In this document: positions 14,335-27,368 of the stretch, one piece after another | Numbering within the stretch: the first letter of the stretch is position 1 | How the letters are laid out: the number at the start of each line of letters is the position of its first letter | Source of the DNA: Macrostomum lignano | Lineage: Eukaryota | NCBI GenBank assembly: GCA_002269645.1 | Contig: NIVC01003149.1 | Span: 52,431 to 116,430 of the forward strand | DNA: 64,000 nt | Reading direction: 5' to 3' | Translations under genes and position numbers: made by a program | The notes under the pieces: model-generated | What the model was told of the DNA's origin: nothing | Database searches by the model: none | Seen by the model: the letters and a program-made list of their open reading frames with translations, nothing else

Positions 14335-15534
14335 TGTGAAATTGCATGAAGAATATCGAAAGTCAAAACAATTTAGCAAACTGATTCACTATGCAAAAGA
14401 CACCGTTTGGCAATGCGGATATTGTCATAGGTGAGGTTGATCACCTATGAAAATATAAATACTACTCATATATATAGTACTCTTATGTATATACTCAGCA
14501 ACATTGAAAAGTCGCCACTCTATGCGCCAGTGAGCAATTTCTCTTGGACTATTCTGAAATAAAAGATGCAAGAAAACTGTTCGGGGTAGCTTTAATCCGC
14601 CCAACCCTCGCACACCGCTCCCCCCACTTCATTCCTCAACTCAAGTCTGACCCGGCGTAGCTGAGTTGCGTCACTCGCAAAGAGTCACTCGGTTCTATTG
14701 TTCACTTTTTTAGACGTGACCGATGAGCAAAATTGAGCGAATGAATATTGGATGAAATAAAAATTTGCGTAGGAGAACGAGGAGGTAGCAAATATTGTAG
14801 AATCTTAAAACATAAAAGCAAAAAAACAAAACCTTTTCCCTATAGCCCAATGTCTTCAAACTTGTAGAGAAACTCCCAAACTTCTTGTCTATCTCTGGCC
14901 ACTACCATTTCAAAACCTTGACTCTAAAATCTGCACTAAGAAGAGTGAAATGATTTTATGCAGATTTTATGATATTATGATATTATGCAGAGAAGTCAAA
15001 CTTGCTAACGATAGAGAAGGTTTAAAAAGCAACCAAAGCAAGAAATGAAGACGAAAGTTTTTTTTTTCCGAAACTTCTAAACATTGCAGCTATCAGTTTG
15101 CTGTGCCTACATTAAAAAAAAGTTAGTTTCAGAAAAAACTTTTTGCTTGCAATTCCAGGGCAACAAAAGTCAATAATAATCCTTTTTCACCTTGCTAAAG
15201 GCTAAAAAGAACAGTATCAGTTTGAAGATTTACTTCAGTTTTCTTCAAAAAAGAATTGAGTCTTAAGGTGAGGATCTCAGCTAGGAGAGAAGTGTGATAA
15301 GTCTAGATAACTCCAATCGAGATGTCAGTATGAGCAGTTTGTCAAAGTCTTATTCACGAATGGTTAACAGCTGGTTAGCGATAAAACAGACACAGCCCCC
15401 TTCCAAACACCTCTCGCCAACTGTCAGAGTTGAAAATCTCCGGAGCATAAAATGCGAAGAATTCAAGATTAGTTTACCATTATTTTGACAGGAAGAAATC
15501 GTCCGAAATCTTAAAATAGCGAACAGATTCTAGC

Positions 15535-16697
15535 ATGGAATTAAAACTTAGAGTAATTGCAGCACTTCTGCTCGTGATCGGCTGTTGTGCAACTCTGATG
15601 ACGTGTAGCTGCCAGAATGACCCGCATTCTAGCTACTCTTTCAAGGAAATCGTTGGCACGACCACTATAAAAGGCTTGAAGCTGCGGGTATTCGAGTTGG
15701 GAAGAGGCGTTCAAGTGGCCGAACCGAGAGTCAAGCTCGGTGGGTCTTGCAGCACCCTCAGGTATAACCGTCTTTACCTGAAGTATCAGTTGTCTGTACC
15801 GTTTCAAGTGAAAACTCCTGTTCTAAAGAGTACCATGGGCCGCGGAAAAAAAATTGGTCGAGTCATCGTTTCTCAGGTTGACGTCAAGTTGAACGCGGCA
15901 CTCGCGAGTAAGAGTTCGAAGCTGACTGTGATTACAACCAGCAAGCGTGGCAGCTGGAAACTTTTGTTCCTTTGCGACACTTACCAGAGGTGCTCAGGAC
16001 TGCGAGATGAACTCGTGAGCAATCCGTGGTCTCTTCAGCAGGCAGTGCAATTTAACCTGATCGGAGAGGTAGCTAGCTCTGCGGTGATGTTCGAAGCGCA
16101 AGCAAGTTTGACTCCATTGAATCTCAAGGACTGCTACAGAGGCCGATGGTTTGTCATTCAGCGACAGGTTAATGGCGATTTGTCATTCAAGAAAAATTGG
16201 GACGACTACGTCAAGGGATTCGGACATCCAAAGTCCAATTTTTGGATCGGTGTGTACTCTTAGAATAATCTAAAACTATAACAGCTGCTTTATCAAGGCT
16301 AGCTGATTCTGCAAAGTTTTAAAATCGCTTACCATGCTTCCATACTGCAGGACTGGAGAGTCTTTTCGCCATCACTGCGACCAAAGAAACCGATGTTACT
16401 TGGCGCAATCCCGAGACTACACTTTGTCGACTGAGAATTGAAGCCGAAGGTTTGGACAAGAAGAAGTACTGGGGTGAATATGGCCGATTCCAGGTCTTGA
16501 GCGCCGACCAGAACTACCGACTTCGAGTGGGCGATAAGAAAGCGGGCTCAACTATTGACGGTTTCATCAGGGTGCACAATGAGCAGCAATTTAGCACCTA
16601 CGACAGGGATCACGATACAAATCCAAAAATGTCTTGCTCTCGAGTGTTTGGCTTTGGCGGATTTTGGTTTGGCAGCGGCTTAAGAGTGAACCCCAAC
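15535..16697 (+). CDS. Secreted fibrinogen C-terminal domain (FReD) protein, copy 1, 3' truncated; exons 15535-16249 and 16351-~16697
   Basis: Signal peptide MELKLRVIAALLLVIGCCA; WFVIQRQVNGDLSFKKNWDDYVKGFG...FWIG|LESL...YRLRVG...FSTYDRDHD...GGFWF. Similarity to copy 2 ends at NPN, and the FWFGSC Cys is Gly here. Confidence 0.88.
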
Positions 16698-16776
16698 CCC
16701 CAAAGAGAACTTTTTGGAGTGTTAGAATTTAGAAAGCTACGTATACATGTAATAATATATACCAGCTACTTAAGAT

Positions 16777-17520
16777 CAGGGGCGTCGCCACCGGGGGGAC
16801 AGGAGACATGTTCCCCTCCCCCATTACGAACTTAAAGCTATATTCTGGGACTTGCCAATGCTTTGTCCCCCCCCCTCCCTACCTTTTTTGACTTGCTATG
16901 GAAATCTAAATGTTTTGCTTATTATAACTAAAGATGGTGCCTGCGGCGCTAAAATGAGTGCCTGCGGCGCTAAAATGAGTGCCAGCGGCGCTAAAGTGAG
17001 TGCCTGCGGCGCTAAAATGAGTGCCTGCGGCGCTAAAGTGAGTGCCTGCGGCGCTAAAGTGAGTGCCTGCGGCGCTAAAGTGAGTGCCTGCGGCGCTAAA
17101 GTGAGTGCCTGCGGCGCTACAATGAGTGAATGTGGCACTAAAATGAGTGAATGTGGCGCTAAAATGAGTGCATGTGGCGCTAAAATGAGTGAATGTGGCG
17201 CTAAAATGAGTGAATGTGGCGCTAAAATGAGTGAATGTGGCGCTAAAATGAGTGCATGTGGCGCTAAAATGAGTGAATGTGGCGCTAAAATGAGTGAATG
17301 TCGCGCTAAAATGAGTGCCAGCGGCGCTAAAATGAGTGCCTGCGGCGCTAAAATGAGTGCCTGCGGCGCTAAAATGAGTACCTGCGGCGCCAAAATAATT
17401 AAATGATCGCGGACAACACCGATTCTGAAAATAATTTACTAGCAGAAATTGTCATGTACACATGTACATGCAACATTCTTGGCTTTGTTCCCCCTCCATA
17501 AAATCCATGGCGACGCCCTG
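16777..17520. mobile_element. MITE-like element with CAGGGGCGTCGCCA/TGGCGACGCCCTG termini and a long internal 21-bp array (~16935-17395)
   Basis: Terminal inverted repeats seen directly; about 22 units of GCCTGCGGCGCTAAAATGAGT and variants. Confidence 0.85.
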
Positions 17521-18785
17521 GGGCAGTGAATACAGTTGACCGAGTCTCTGAGTATTCTTTCTAGGAACTTAAACAGCTTCAAGCATAACTTGAGCCGCGA
17601 TGCAGTGTACAGATTTTTATGGGATTTCTGACCTACTACTTGACATTTAACAAAAGTAGTACCAGTAGAGCATGAGCAAATTGAAATATTAGGAAGTATC
17701 AATCCATCAGTCAGTGACAAAAAGCTAAAAGTAGTAGCCAATAATTTTTGGTGCAAAGTATAGTTCGGTAGCGGATCGACTGTCAATCATTCTTTCACAC
17801 CGTGACCAAGAGAAGTCATAAGCTGACAGCCGAATTTATTTATCATATAGAAATCACACGATCTAGGTAGCGCAATGCTCGGAGCACCCTCCTGCAGCTA
17901 AGTTGAAGGGATCACATGATTTTTAAATTTATACCCCTGTACCGAAGAATCGAAGGTGATTACATTTGTAGCTAACCTTAGTACGGTGGACGTTACAGCT
18001 GCCAATCTTAGTTTTTATGTCTCTTTTTGGACAGATCTTCCTTTTCTAGAGTTTTAGTCTAGAGAAAAAAAGAATTTATTTTCTAAGAAATATCAACCCT
18101 CAAATGCGTGTTTGGAAAATGCAAAGAAAAATGGATAGTTTCAATATCGATTATTAATACTTGGCATTTCCTCGTGTCATTGAGTATAATGTCGAGAGTT
18201 GTCAAGAGCTTTCTACAGTTGTTTAGCTCGTTTAGAGTCGGTTACATCGAATGATTGACAGATCTGTTAAAACAAACCGTATTATTTTATAACTGGCAGA
18301 AAGAAGTAGCTATTCGGTGTTAAAAGCAAACCATTTTTTCGGATAAAATGCTTAGCATCCACACTCAATATCAGGTCGGTTTTTTACAGTTTTAAGTTCC
18401 CCTCTTGTCTGCAAAGTGTTTCAATGTTTGTCAAAATACTCGTAGCTCGTAAGTGGACAGATTTGAAAGAACCATTATTGCTTCAACAGTAGGCTTATTG
18501 TTTCATTTCTCAACAATTGTTATGTAAACCAGCCGGAGTGGCTTGCCAAGCACTCTTTGTCGTCAATCAACTGAGCCAATGCGAAGAACCCTGCAGTTGT
18601 ACTGTACCTCACACAACTTACAAGGAAAACACGTTAACTCTTCTTAGTCAGTAGTAACGACATTTTGCCGAATTAATCATGAGAAAATTTTTCATAATCT
18701 CTCACTTCTACTGTTCTTAATTTAAAAAACTACAATCTTTTTTATATATAATTTGCTATAACGGACGTGGACCTGTTTCTTCCAG

Positions 18786-21015
18786 ATACGAGCCGCGGAC
18801 GTCTCGGCAACATCCAGGAGGCGCTGATCAGCCTGCCCGGTTGCTACCGCATCAAAAACGGCCGGGGCTCGAGGCGGCGGACATCCAAATACAGGGAAGA
18901 AAGGCGGCCGAGGTGCTTTTGCTGCTGGAAGCTTCATCCTAGCAGCTAGCATCCGGCTAAGCATTGTGATCGGACAGGCTGGCGGCGCGGCCAACAAGGG
19001 CAGGGCTGGCGGGGGGGGGGAGAGGCAGCTTTGTGTACCGGACGATCGACAACGGTAGCGACGTACTGCTGTTGGCCGCCGGTGGGGGCGGAGGAGCCGC
19101 CGACAGTAATCGCGGTGAGTTCTGCAGCTAGCCGCTGTGTATGGCTGCTCAACATTGGTATATTCCTGCACGGTCACGAGTGCAGGATGTCCTTCACGTA
19201 CGAGTGAACGTGAAGGAATTCCATTGTCGGATGATTCATCGTGCAGGAATGCACAAAACCGTGCAGGAATGCATTTCTGCGCCTAATGCTTTTCAGTGAG
19301 ATTTTACCATAGACATCCATTCCTGCACGCAAAAGAGTATTGAGGTGAGTAGAACTTTAGTTAGGACCATAGATCTTATATTCCCTAGATAGGCCACTTT
19401 GTATGGCGGTAATAGGGAAAGTGCGACCGCCGATTTTCGTCACTTATGCGAAAACGCCGACATGGGTTGCTTATAAATTTGAGTTCAGCAGCCGAGAAAC
19501 ATAGACGCTTTTTTGAGAATTTAATAGAACCAAGGAGTTCGAGACTTAGCAACCTGGAATGGAAGCGAGTTTTACCTCTTGAGGCCACGCCAATTGTAAA
19601 GATAAGGGGCCGTATGCAGAAAGCTCTGTCTAGGGTAGTCCGGTCTCGAAAAGCTAGTCTGGACTTGGATTTGGTATGCAGAAACACAAAAGTTAGACCG
19701 GTCTACTATAGACAGAACTAGGGTAGCTGGACCATAGACCATAGACTGAACTACTCAAGCCCGGACTAGCTAGTCTGGACTAAGCTTTCTGCATACGGCC
19801 CAAGGAGCCAGCACTGAATGTCTATGGCTCTGTCTGACTCTGTCTATTGCATTGAGTAGTTTTTCATTGAATAAAAAGCTACTCAATTAAACTAATGATG
19901 CATGCACTGCAGAGACTAACTGACGAAATTGAGTCCAGTAGTTGATTTTTGAGCTGTCGCGAGTTGCAATTCTTTTAACATTAGCTTCTATAGCCACATA
20001 GTGGCCCATCTTGTGTATATATGATCCTTGGTTAGGACCACCCAGAATTTTGGTAGGGACACCTAGTGCTTTGTTCGGGAGATTCAATGTTTCGATAGTG
20101 ACACCCAATGTATTTTATAGTCGCTCTTTATTGTCGTAGAAGAGTGGGGAACAAAACAGCAGTCGTTACACTAGATTAAGCTATTCTAGGCGAAACAGAA
20201 ACCTTAGAAACTACTCTCTTTTCAAAAAGGTTTCGAAGGGGGAGAGAGAGAGAGAGAGAGAGAGCAAACCAAGCCCGTTTTCCACCAATCAGTGCAGCCC
20301 AACCAAACCAGACATACAGATGGAGAGAAGGGAAACGATTAAGTCTAGCCCCCGTTACCAAAATGCATAATTTTGACATAATAAATACGAGCGTAGATGA
20401 ATTAAAAAAATGCCGACCGACTACGGTTTACGGGTGCTAGAAAGGTAGAGTGCCAGCTCGCAATTTACACAACTCTCTTCATACACAAATAAAAATGTAG
20501 CTTACTACGCTAGCCGGTACTCATCCTCAGGCAAGCCGGGCTCCGCGTCAACAAGTGGCAGCGATTCCTACGGCAGCACCAAAGGCGGCAAGGGTGGCAC
20601 CAACGGAGCAGCTGGCTTCAGCAGCTCTGGCGGGTTGCTCAACTCGATGTTGGCAAGCGGCGGCTGCGGAGCCGGCTGGCTGGGTAAGACCAAGTCGAAG
20701 AAGGAGACGAAGAATGACGTTGAAGGAGGCGGCAGCCGAGCCCAAGGCTGGATCGGCGGAAGGCCTGGCGACGGTGGCACAGGCAGAGGCGGCTTCGGCG
20801 GTGGAGGCGGCGGCGGCAAGTCGAGCCTCACTTTTGGAGCCGGTGGCGCCGGCGGCGGCTACAGCGGCGGTGGCGGCGCGGTGAGCGCCGGTCTGGGAGG
20901 CGGCGGCGGCGGCTCATTCTGCGGCGGCACCATTCGAGGCGGCAATCTGGACAGCGACCAAGGACGAGTAAAGCTTCAACTACTGGCCCTTTTGTTGACG
21001 CTTGCAACTGAGTAA
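18786..21015 (+). CDS. ALK/LTK-type glycine-rich domain protein (often auto-labelled PE-PGRS-like); exons 18786-19114 and 20531-21015; two +1 homopolymer frameshifts; 5' exons not found
   Basis: YRIKTAGARGG...GGRGAFAAGSF...LSIVIGQAG...SFVY...LLLAAGGGGGA G|gtgagt joins cag|GC to GCGAGW...GGFGGGGGGG...GGGYSGGG...GGGGGSF. Frameshifts at A5 (18854-18858) and G10 (19011-19020). Confidence 0.8.
19307..19827. mobile_element. Non-autonomous element with CCATAGACAT/ATGTCTATGG termini, in intron
   Basis: 10-bp terminal inverted repeat; internal CCATAGA motifs. Confidence 0.5.
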
Positions 21016-21950
21016 ACAGATTATAGCATCGATTGGAAAAGAGATAACTCCGTGTCGAAGATCTCAGACGACATTCTTTTTCTGTTTTATAATTAGCTGG
21101 ATTATACGTTGGGAAATGTTTACTCTCTTATCCAAACTTCAATAAATCAATGTACGAGAAGAAACTGGAGACCCTGTTTGTTGCTACTGATTGATTCAAA
21201 TTAACTAAGTGCTGTTATGAACTTTCGGGATCGAAGCATCTCCCAGACAATTTATTACTTCAACAGTACCGATTAAAATTTTAACGAGTTCGTTATTGTG
21301 ACGATGTCGTTATGCTATGTCGTTATAGCATATAGCATTGTGTCGTTATCTTATATCTTCTTATATACTAAAAATGAAAAAATTGTATATTTGTGCGCAA
21401 TCAATTATCTCCCGAACGGTTAAACCCCCTAACCCCATAAATATTACAAAAAATCAATTTAAGTTTAATAAAAAACGGATAGAAACTCAAAAATATTATA
21501 GCATAACGACACTGTCACATTATCTTCGTTAGGACAGCCAGTTGTTGAATCGACAGACACACCTAATTTGTATAGACTGGTGTATTTTTAATTATTCAAA
21601 AGAGAAAAAGAAGAGGGTACTCTGTAGTACTTTATCAGTATAGATAGCAGGTGCAAGTTTGAATAAGTTTAACGAGCGTACCAAGAGTGCAGTCAAGAAA
21701 TTACTAATCAGCAGCAAAAGTTTGTTAATATTATTGCAAGTCGAATAATATCAATATTCTGTAAAATAAAACCCAAAAAAAATCTGGTTGAAAATTTCAT
21801 TCGTATCTTATTCATTTCATTTCAGGCTGACTCGATAAATATAAAAAAAATTAAAATATGATACCATAAACTTATCGTGGCGTTTTTTGTTATCCGACTT
21901 TCCTGTTATAGAAATGATTGCACTTTGACAGACTCTGTGCCTCATCAGTT

Positions 21951-24339
21951 TCAGCTCCCATCGCCCACCAGACGCAGCACTACAAAGCCGTGCTGGCTGT
22001 CCGAGTTGCCTCCGGTCACGGCTGAGCAGGTGTCACCAGCTGAGCAGAAGGAGCCGCCGCCTCCGCCGGCCTGGCCTCCGCCGAGTCCAGCGCCGCCTCC
22101 GCTGAAACCACCGCCGGCACCGGCTGCGGGCAGCTCTTTGTCATGGCGGCCACCGCCTCCACCGCCACCAAAGCCGCCGTCACCGTTAGTTCCACCAGCT
22201 GCTCTGCCGCCAGTCCAATTTTCGGAGTTGCTCCCACCAGGCTTGCCATCGTGGTAGTTTTGCCGAAGAGCGACAGCCCTGCCCAGCCAGCCGGCGCCAC
22301 AGCCGCCGAAGCTCGTAGCATTGATGACGGCGCTGCTGTTCAAAGCGAGTCCCGGATTTCCTTCAGCGCCTCCGTAACCACGCAGAGCGGCGTCGTTGTC
22401 GGCGCCCGTGGAGTTGCCGCCGTCGGGTCCGGCCAGTCCTGGATTGCCTGGCGTAAAAGCAGTTTACAAGAGAGAATTGAGACACACTCGACACTTACCG
22501 CCTTTACAGATTTACCTTCGACCAAATTACTATTACTGTCGTGTCATATCTTAAAGGAGAACCTCAGTACAAAGAGATGTTTTGAGCTGTAAACGTCCCT
22601 AACTGTGCACTGAAATTACCCCGCACTGACTTTGTTGAGTCTACGCCCAGACGGGCAGGAGAAAAAAGCTGTCAGGGCAGGACGCCCATTATCCTTGGTA
22701 GTTCGACGAACGGAAAAACTGTTAATAATGTGTTTAAATGGACTCTCAATTTTTTATAAAACTCTATGGGATAATACTATACTTGCATGTGTGCTGCTGT
22801 CTAAACTTCATATTTACAGATAAAATAATATTAACATTAACTAATATTATCGTGTTGATAGACGTAGACAATTTTGGTCAATAATACTACTAGGAACATC
22901 GTAGGGATTTTTAGCCTAGTGGTTAGAGCGTCGGACATACGACTGAAGGGTCTGGAGTTCGAACTTCGACCCACTCCTGAGCAAGACACTTAACTCTGCA
23001 TTGCTTCTCAGTTCACCCAGCTGTAAAATGGGTGCTGTAAACTGAGGTAATTGAGGGTGTGTGGCGACCACCCAGTCCTTGGCAATAGCTGCGGCTATTG
23101 CATCTGGCCCAATATGGCAGGTGTAATTAATTAATTTAACTGGAAACAAATTATTACAGGAAAATGCAGCAAATATACAATTCGACGATGACTATAAGGT
23201 TCTCACCGTCATAGACAAGAGACGCGCCGCCGCCACCGCCAGCCGCAATCAGCAGCCTGGCAGAGCTCTCATTCACGAACACGAAGCTGCCGCCGCCTCC
23301 GCCAGGTGCTCCTATGCTACCTGTTGATCTACCAGCCTGTCCCACCGCGATGCTCAGCTGTAGGCCGACCGTCAAATTGAAGATTCCTGACACTTTTGCG
23401 CCGTGGCCTCCCAATTTCGAGCCGCCTCCACAATCGCCACCTTTGGCACCAGCGACTTCAAGGAAGTAAGAGCCTGTCACGTTGATGATGACGCGCTGGA
23501 TTGAGCCAGATCGGTTAGTGCCAACGTCTGCAGTGTTTTTGTCGATTTTTTACTCTGTGACTTGTGTGTTAAAGTTTTAGGTTTCAAGTTGAGTCAATCG
23601 AATCAAAACTGCTTGACAAGCGTGCTGAAACTCTAGCTAGTCAGTTATTTTATTAGTTTTCGGAAGGGTTTTCGAGCAGTGCCACTGCGAGGAGTCAAGC
23701 AGATATGCCCGTTTTGCTAGCCTCTTGGCACACTGACTGAGCACGCAAGCACACCTCACACAGGTAATACAGCAGTCCTGACTTCTCACCACCGAGAGTT
23801 ACGAGTGAGCTGCTGAGCCTATTAAAAAGTGAGCTATTGATTATCCAAAACCAAAATAAAAATGCATTCTCTCTTGTCTAGCAGGAAAATGTAATGAATA
23901 ATTTAAGGCTGGGTTGTTCTAAATGCACTGTGCAGGATTTATCATGGCTGCAGAACTTAAAGCGTAACATAAAAAATGGACTCACTTGAAAACTTAAGGA
24001 TAAAAAATTTGACCAAGAAGATGCTTCTATCTCGAGCATCTCGAAGCCACACTCTGACGGTCGAGTTGATCATCAACACGGATTTGCTGCTTTGGTCATT
24101 TGCCGACTCGGCCGATTCGTTGTTGCTGATAACCAGCCGACAAAATCCACGCCGGCTCGAGTTCGGCGCAAAGACGACGGCAGCGCAACCGCGGAGGCGG
24201 CAGCGCACAGCGCATTCGGCTTCCGTCAGCAGGCTCGACATGTTGATGACGGCAGCCGAGAGTCTGGCCTTCGATCGGAGATCAACGGGTCCGTCGTCAG
24301 CTTCAGTCAGACTCATGAGGTGGCAGTGAGAGAATGTCA
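21951..24339 (-). CDS. ALK/LTK-type glycine-rich domain protein with an N-terminal PAN/apple-like Cys module; exons 24339-23986, 23527-23207, 22447-21951; signal-peptide exon probably ends near 24721
   Basis: Phase-1 GT-AG joins give an open frame: ECAVRCRLRGCAAVVF...CRL; IQRVIINVTGSYFLEVAGAKGG...VGQAG...GGGGGSFV...LLIAAGGGGGA; GCGAGW...GGFGGGGGG...GGGFSGGG...GGGGGSF...stop. Confidence 0.88.
22913..23130 (+). mobile_element. tRNA-derived SINE in intron
   Basis: A-box TAGTGGTTAGAGCG, B-box-like GAGTTCGAAC, then TGAGCAAGACACTTAAC...CACCCAGCTGTAAAATGGG (conserved SINE core-type domain). Confidence 0.7.
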
Positions 24340-24921
24340 CTGAAACACAATTATTGTCAGATTTATCCAAATAAACTGTCAATTATTAACAATTTCCTCT
24401 TTCCTCTGTGTACTTTTTTGCCTGTAGTGTGGCCCCCAATAACATCTACACAATAGATAACTTAGGCCTCTCTATCCGTGTGGCGCACAAAGAGGTCCAG
24501 TTTATTACTTTTTTAAATATACAGCCTGGCCCTCGTTTCGGCTCAATCTCTCACTCTCTGTCTCTCTCTTATCTCTCTCCTCCAACTTCGACGACCGCTT
24601 ACTTGAAAGCTTTCAGTGTCCGCCAATTGCTACGCTCGTAAATTTTGTTTCATTCAATTTCTTTCTTCGCTATTTGTTCTACTACGAGGCTTGCCGTAGT
24701 TGAACAATTATTATATTTACAGACTACTATTATTGTTCCAAGTGGCCAGTCATGCTTACTGCGTCTCTGCCTGCTGTAATGTATACGTTACAGCATATCA
24801 AAACGCATTTTTTACTTTTTAAACAAAAGCATGAGGGAGTTTTCCTTAGATTAAAAACTTCCGTCAGAGTCAATTTAGCTGCGATTATATCAGCTTCATT
24901 ATGTAGTGAGCCGCTAGTTTA

Positions 24922-25922
24922 TGTTTAGGCGTCGCCCTTGTCAGCTGTTCCCTCGCCCTCGCCCTGGGTTGCTGTCTGCCGCTGGTCAGCTTCCCTCCCC
25001 CTTTTCCGCCTGTGTGTTGCTGCCCGTCCCCTTTTCCGCCCGGTTGCGTCTCTGTTCTCAGCCCTCAGCCTCTCGGCTGTGGGCTGTCTCTGTTTCGTTT
25101 CCGTCCCGTTTTCTCTGTCTTGTGAGCTAGTCACAGGACAGTCCTTGCGTTCTTCGAGTCTTAAAGTGCAGTAAACATGTTTACCGCACTCGCTGGCCCT
25201 GTTTACCGGGTGAGTCACATGCTTTCGGACTCCTCCCTTCTCTAAGGAGAGGAGTGACTCATGTTGCTAAAAATAGCAACAGAGCCACAGCCATGTGCAC
25301 TCTGCTGGGGGACCTTCAAGTGACATCAGTTCTAAAAATAGAACGAGTCACGAGGTCTTCCGCGCGCTAGTACCCTGCCCGAGACCCTCAAGTGATGTCT
25401 GCTCTAAAAATAGAACGAGTCACGAGGTCTTGTGCGTGGGTGTTTCCCGGCTATAAATATAACCCATCTCCCCCTTGTTTCCGTCAAGGAGTTCTTCCCG
25501 AGTTTCGAGGTTCCCGAGCTCTAAGTTTCCTGAGTTCCGACTGCCCAGTCCCGTGTGCGATAGTGTCTGAACTGAGCGCCCCTCTGCGTACATTGAATCT
25601 GTTCTTATTGGTCTGACTGAGACCCTACTAAAGCCCAGCTTCGAGACTACGAGAGGCTAACTCAGGCCTCCCTCTACCAACCAAGCCCGGCAGATACGGC
25701 TGACGAGACGCCTAGTACGTTGAGCTGCAAATCTGCACCCGGTGCCGTATTCGTTGACTTCGTTATTTCGTTCCGACGGGAAGTTCACCTCATCGAAGGC
25801 CGAGACCTGAAGGAACTGGTGGCAGCACTACCTACGCTATTAAGAGTTGAGAAGGCTTCCAAGTGAGAAGACGGAGAGCCCGAATCACTGTGCTAGACAG
25901 CAGGAGAAGCACAGGTACAACA
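24922..25922 (+). mobile_element. Putative solo LTR (TGTT...AACA, ~1 kb)
   Basis: TGTT/AACA ends, internal direct repeat (AGTGA...TCTAAAAATAGAACGAGTCACGAGGTCTT twice), TATAAATA near 25453; no TSD recognised. Confidence 0.45.
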
Positions 25923-27368
25923 ATTAGATATGTACGTAATAATAAGTACGTAACGTATATCTAGGTACGCTTGTACCAATGTGATCGATTATCGAAGAAT
26001 TTATTTCGAGTTGTATTGGCTCACCTGTTGCGTAAAGTAGAAAACATTGGACAGCGTGAAAAGCTTTCATTTTGGTCTTGATAGTTGTAATATATCCGGA
26101 AATATAGAACACACTTTCAGGGATACCCGGCGGACTCCGTGTTAAGACAGTTGAGTCTTTTATCGATGCGCCTTCACTTCTAAAAAATCGAATGCCTGAA
26201 GGGAGTCGCTATCTTTTTAATTGTAGCACCTGTTGTCACCACTCTACCTGAGCGGCGCAACTGTGTAAAAAATTCCGATAAAAAATGTGAAAATAGTGGC
26301 TTGAAAAGGGCCCACACCTGTTCGTGGGAGGACGCACTCGAAAGATTTTCTAAAGAGCTACTCCTCGCATAAAACTGCTGCGACTTATTCAAGTTTCATC
26401 GCTGCAGAAAAAATTGAAGCAATTCTTCAACTCTGCTTAAACACGCCAAATGGTCCAAGCTTATCCCAGTCCCACACCCTGAGCTCATTACCTACCTCAC
26501 TTTACACCGCCAAGCCAATCAAAAGACAATCCAAGTCTTTTTTAATCCGACATTCAGCGATGCGAATTTTGCGTTTTAAATATCGCATCATTTGAGAATA
26601 GCTTGCTATAATCAGTTGCACCACTTCTCATTAGGCCCATTGCTTTCTCTTTCTCCTACCACTAGCTGTGACTGCATATTCATCTTAAAACTACTATGAC
26701 AAGAAAATTAGAATGTCTCTAACGGTCTCAGGCAGCAGCCTAACCTGACATTTATTTGGCCCTCTGTGACTCTTAAAAGTTCGAAATTTCACTGAATATT
26801 AAATTTTCTTATGATCGGCTCACTGAAACAATGATACCACTTCTTAATTATGCCCTCTTTCTTTAGCATATTAAAGAAATTAGGATTCATCCAATCAACC
26901 CGAGGCATTTACTAAATTTTATGCGCTGTAAGAAACTGTACAATTCGTAGCGATTGAGACTTGAGTCATTCATCTGAATATTCAATTTTAAGAGATTTTA
27001 AATTTAAATATTCGAAATTTAAGTCGACCACACGATTCAGCGTTGCACAAAGATTTCACGTGCAACACTAATTGCACGCATTTCCTATCAACTCGAGCAC
27101 TGTGTTCATTTTGTCTCATTCTTTTAAAATTTACCTAATGTTATGTTTTCAGGTTACTTAAAGTCTTCAATATACTTAAGGCATTAATTATTAGTGCTGA
27201 TATCCTAGCAGACGTTTCCGCGGCTCCAAGGTTCTTAATCTTGCTCTTATTTCTCTTTATTTCACATTCTCACAGCGGGCTTTTAACCTAAGCCTGTTTT
27301 GCAGCTTCATTTAGTCCATAGATAAAACAAAACGCGTCAAACTGCATATGCAATTAAAATAATATCAA

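Noticed and set aside
12098-14434. Many short ORFs within the 2.2-kb element (also 51576-53835)
   Set aside because: Frames are not preserved between the two copies and show no domain motifs
16852-17406. CGAKMSA repeat protein or CRISPR-like array
   Set aside because: Contiguous 21-bp tandem units with no unique spacers, inside a MITE in eukaryotic DNA
22913-22990. tRNA gene
   Set aside because: No complete cloverleaf; runs into a SINE-type core sequence
18786-24339. Horizontally acquired mycobacterial PE-PGRS genes
   Set aside because: No PE domain; spliceosomal introns in shared positions; motifs fit the metazoan ALK/LTK-type Gly-rich family
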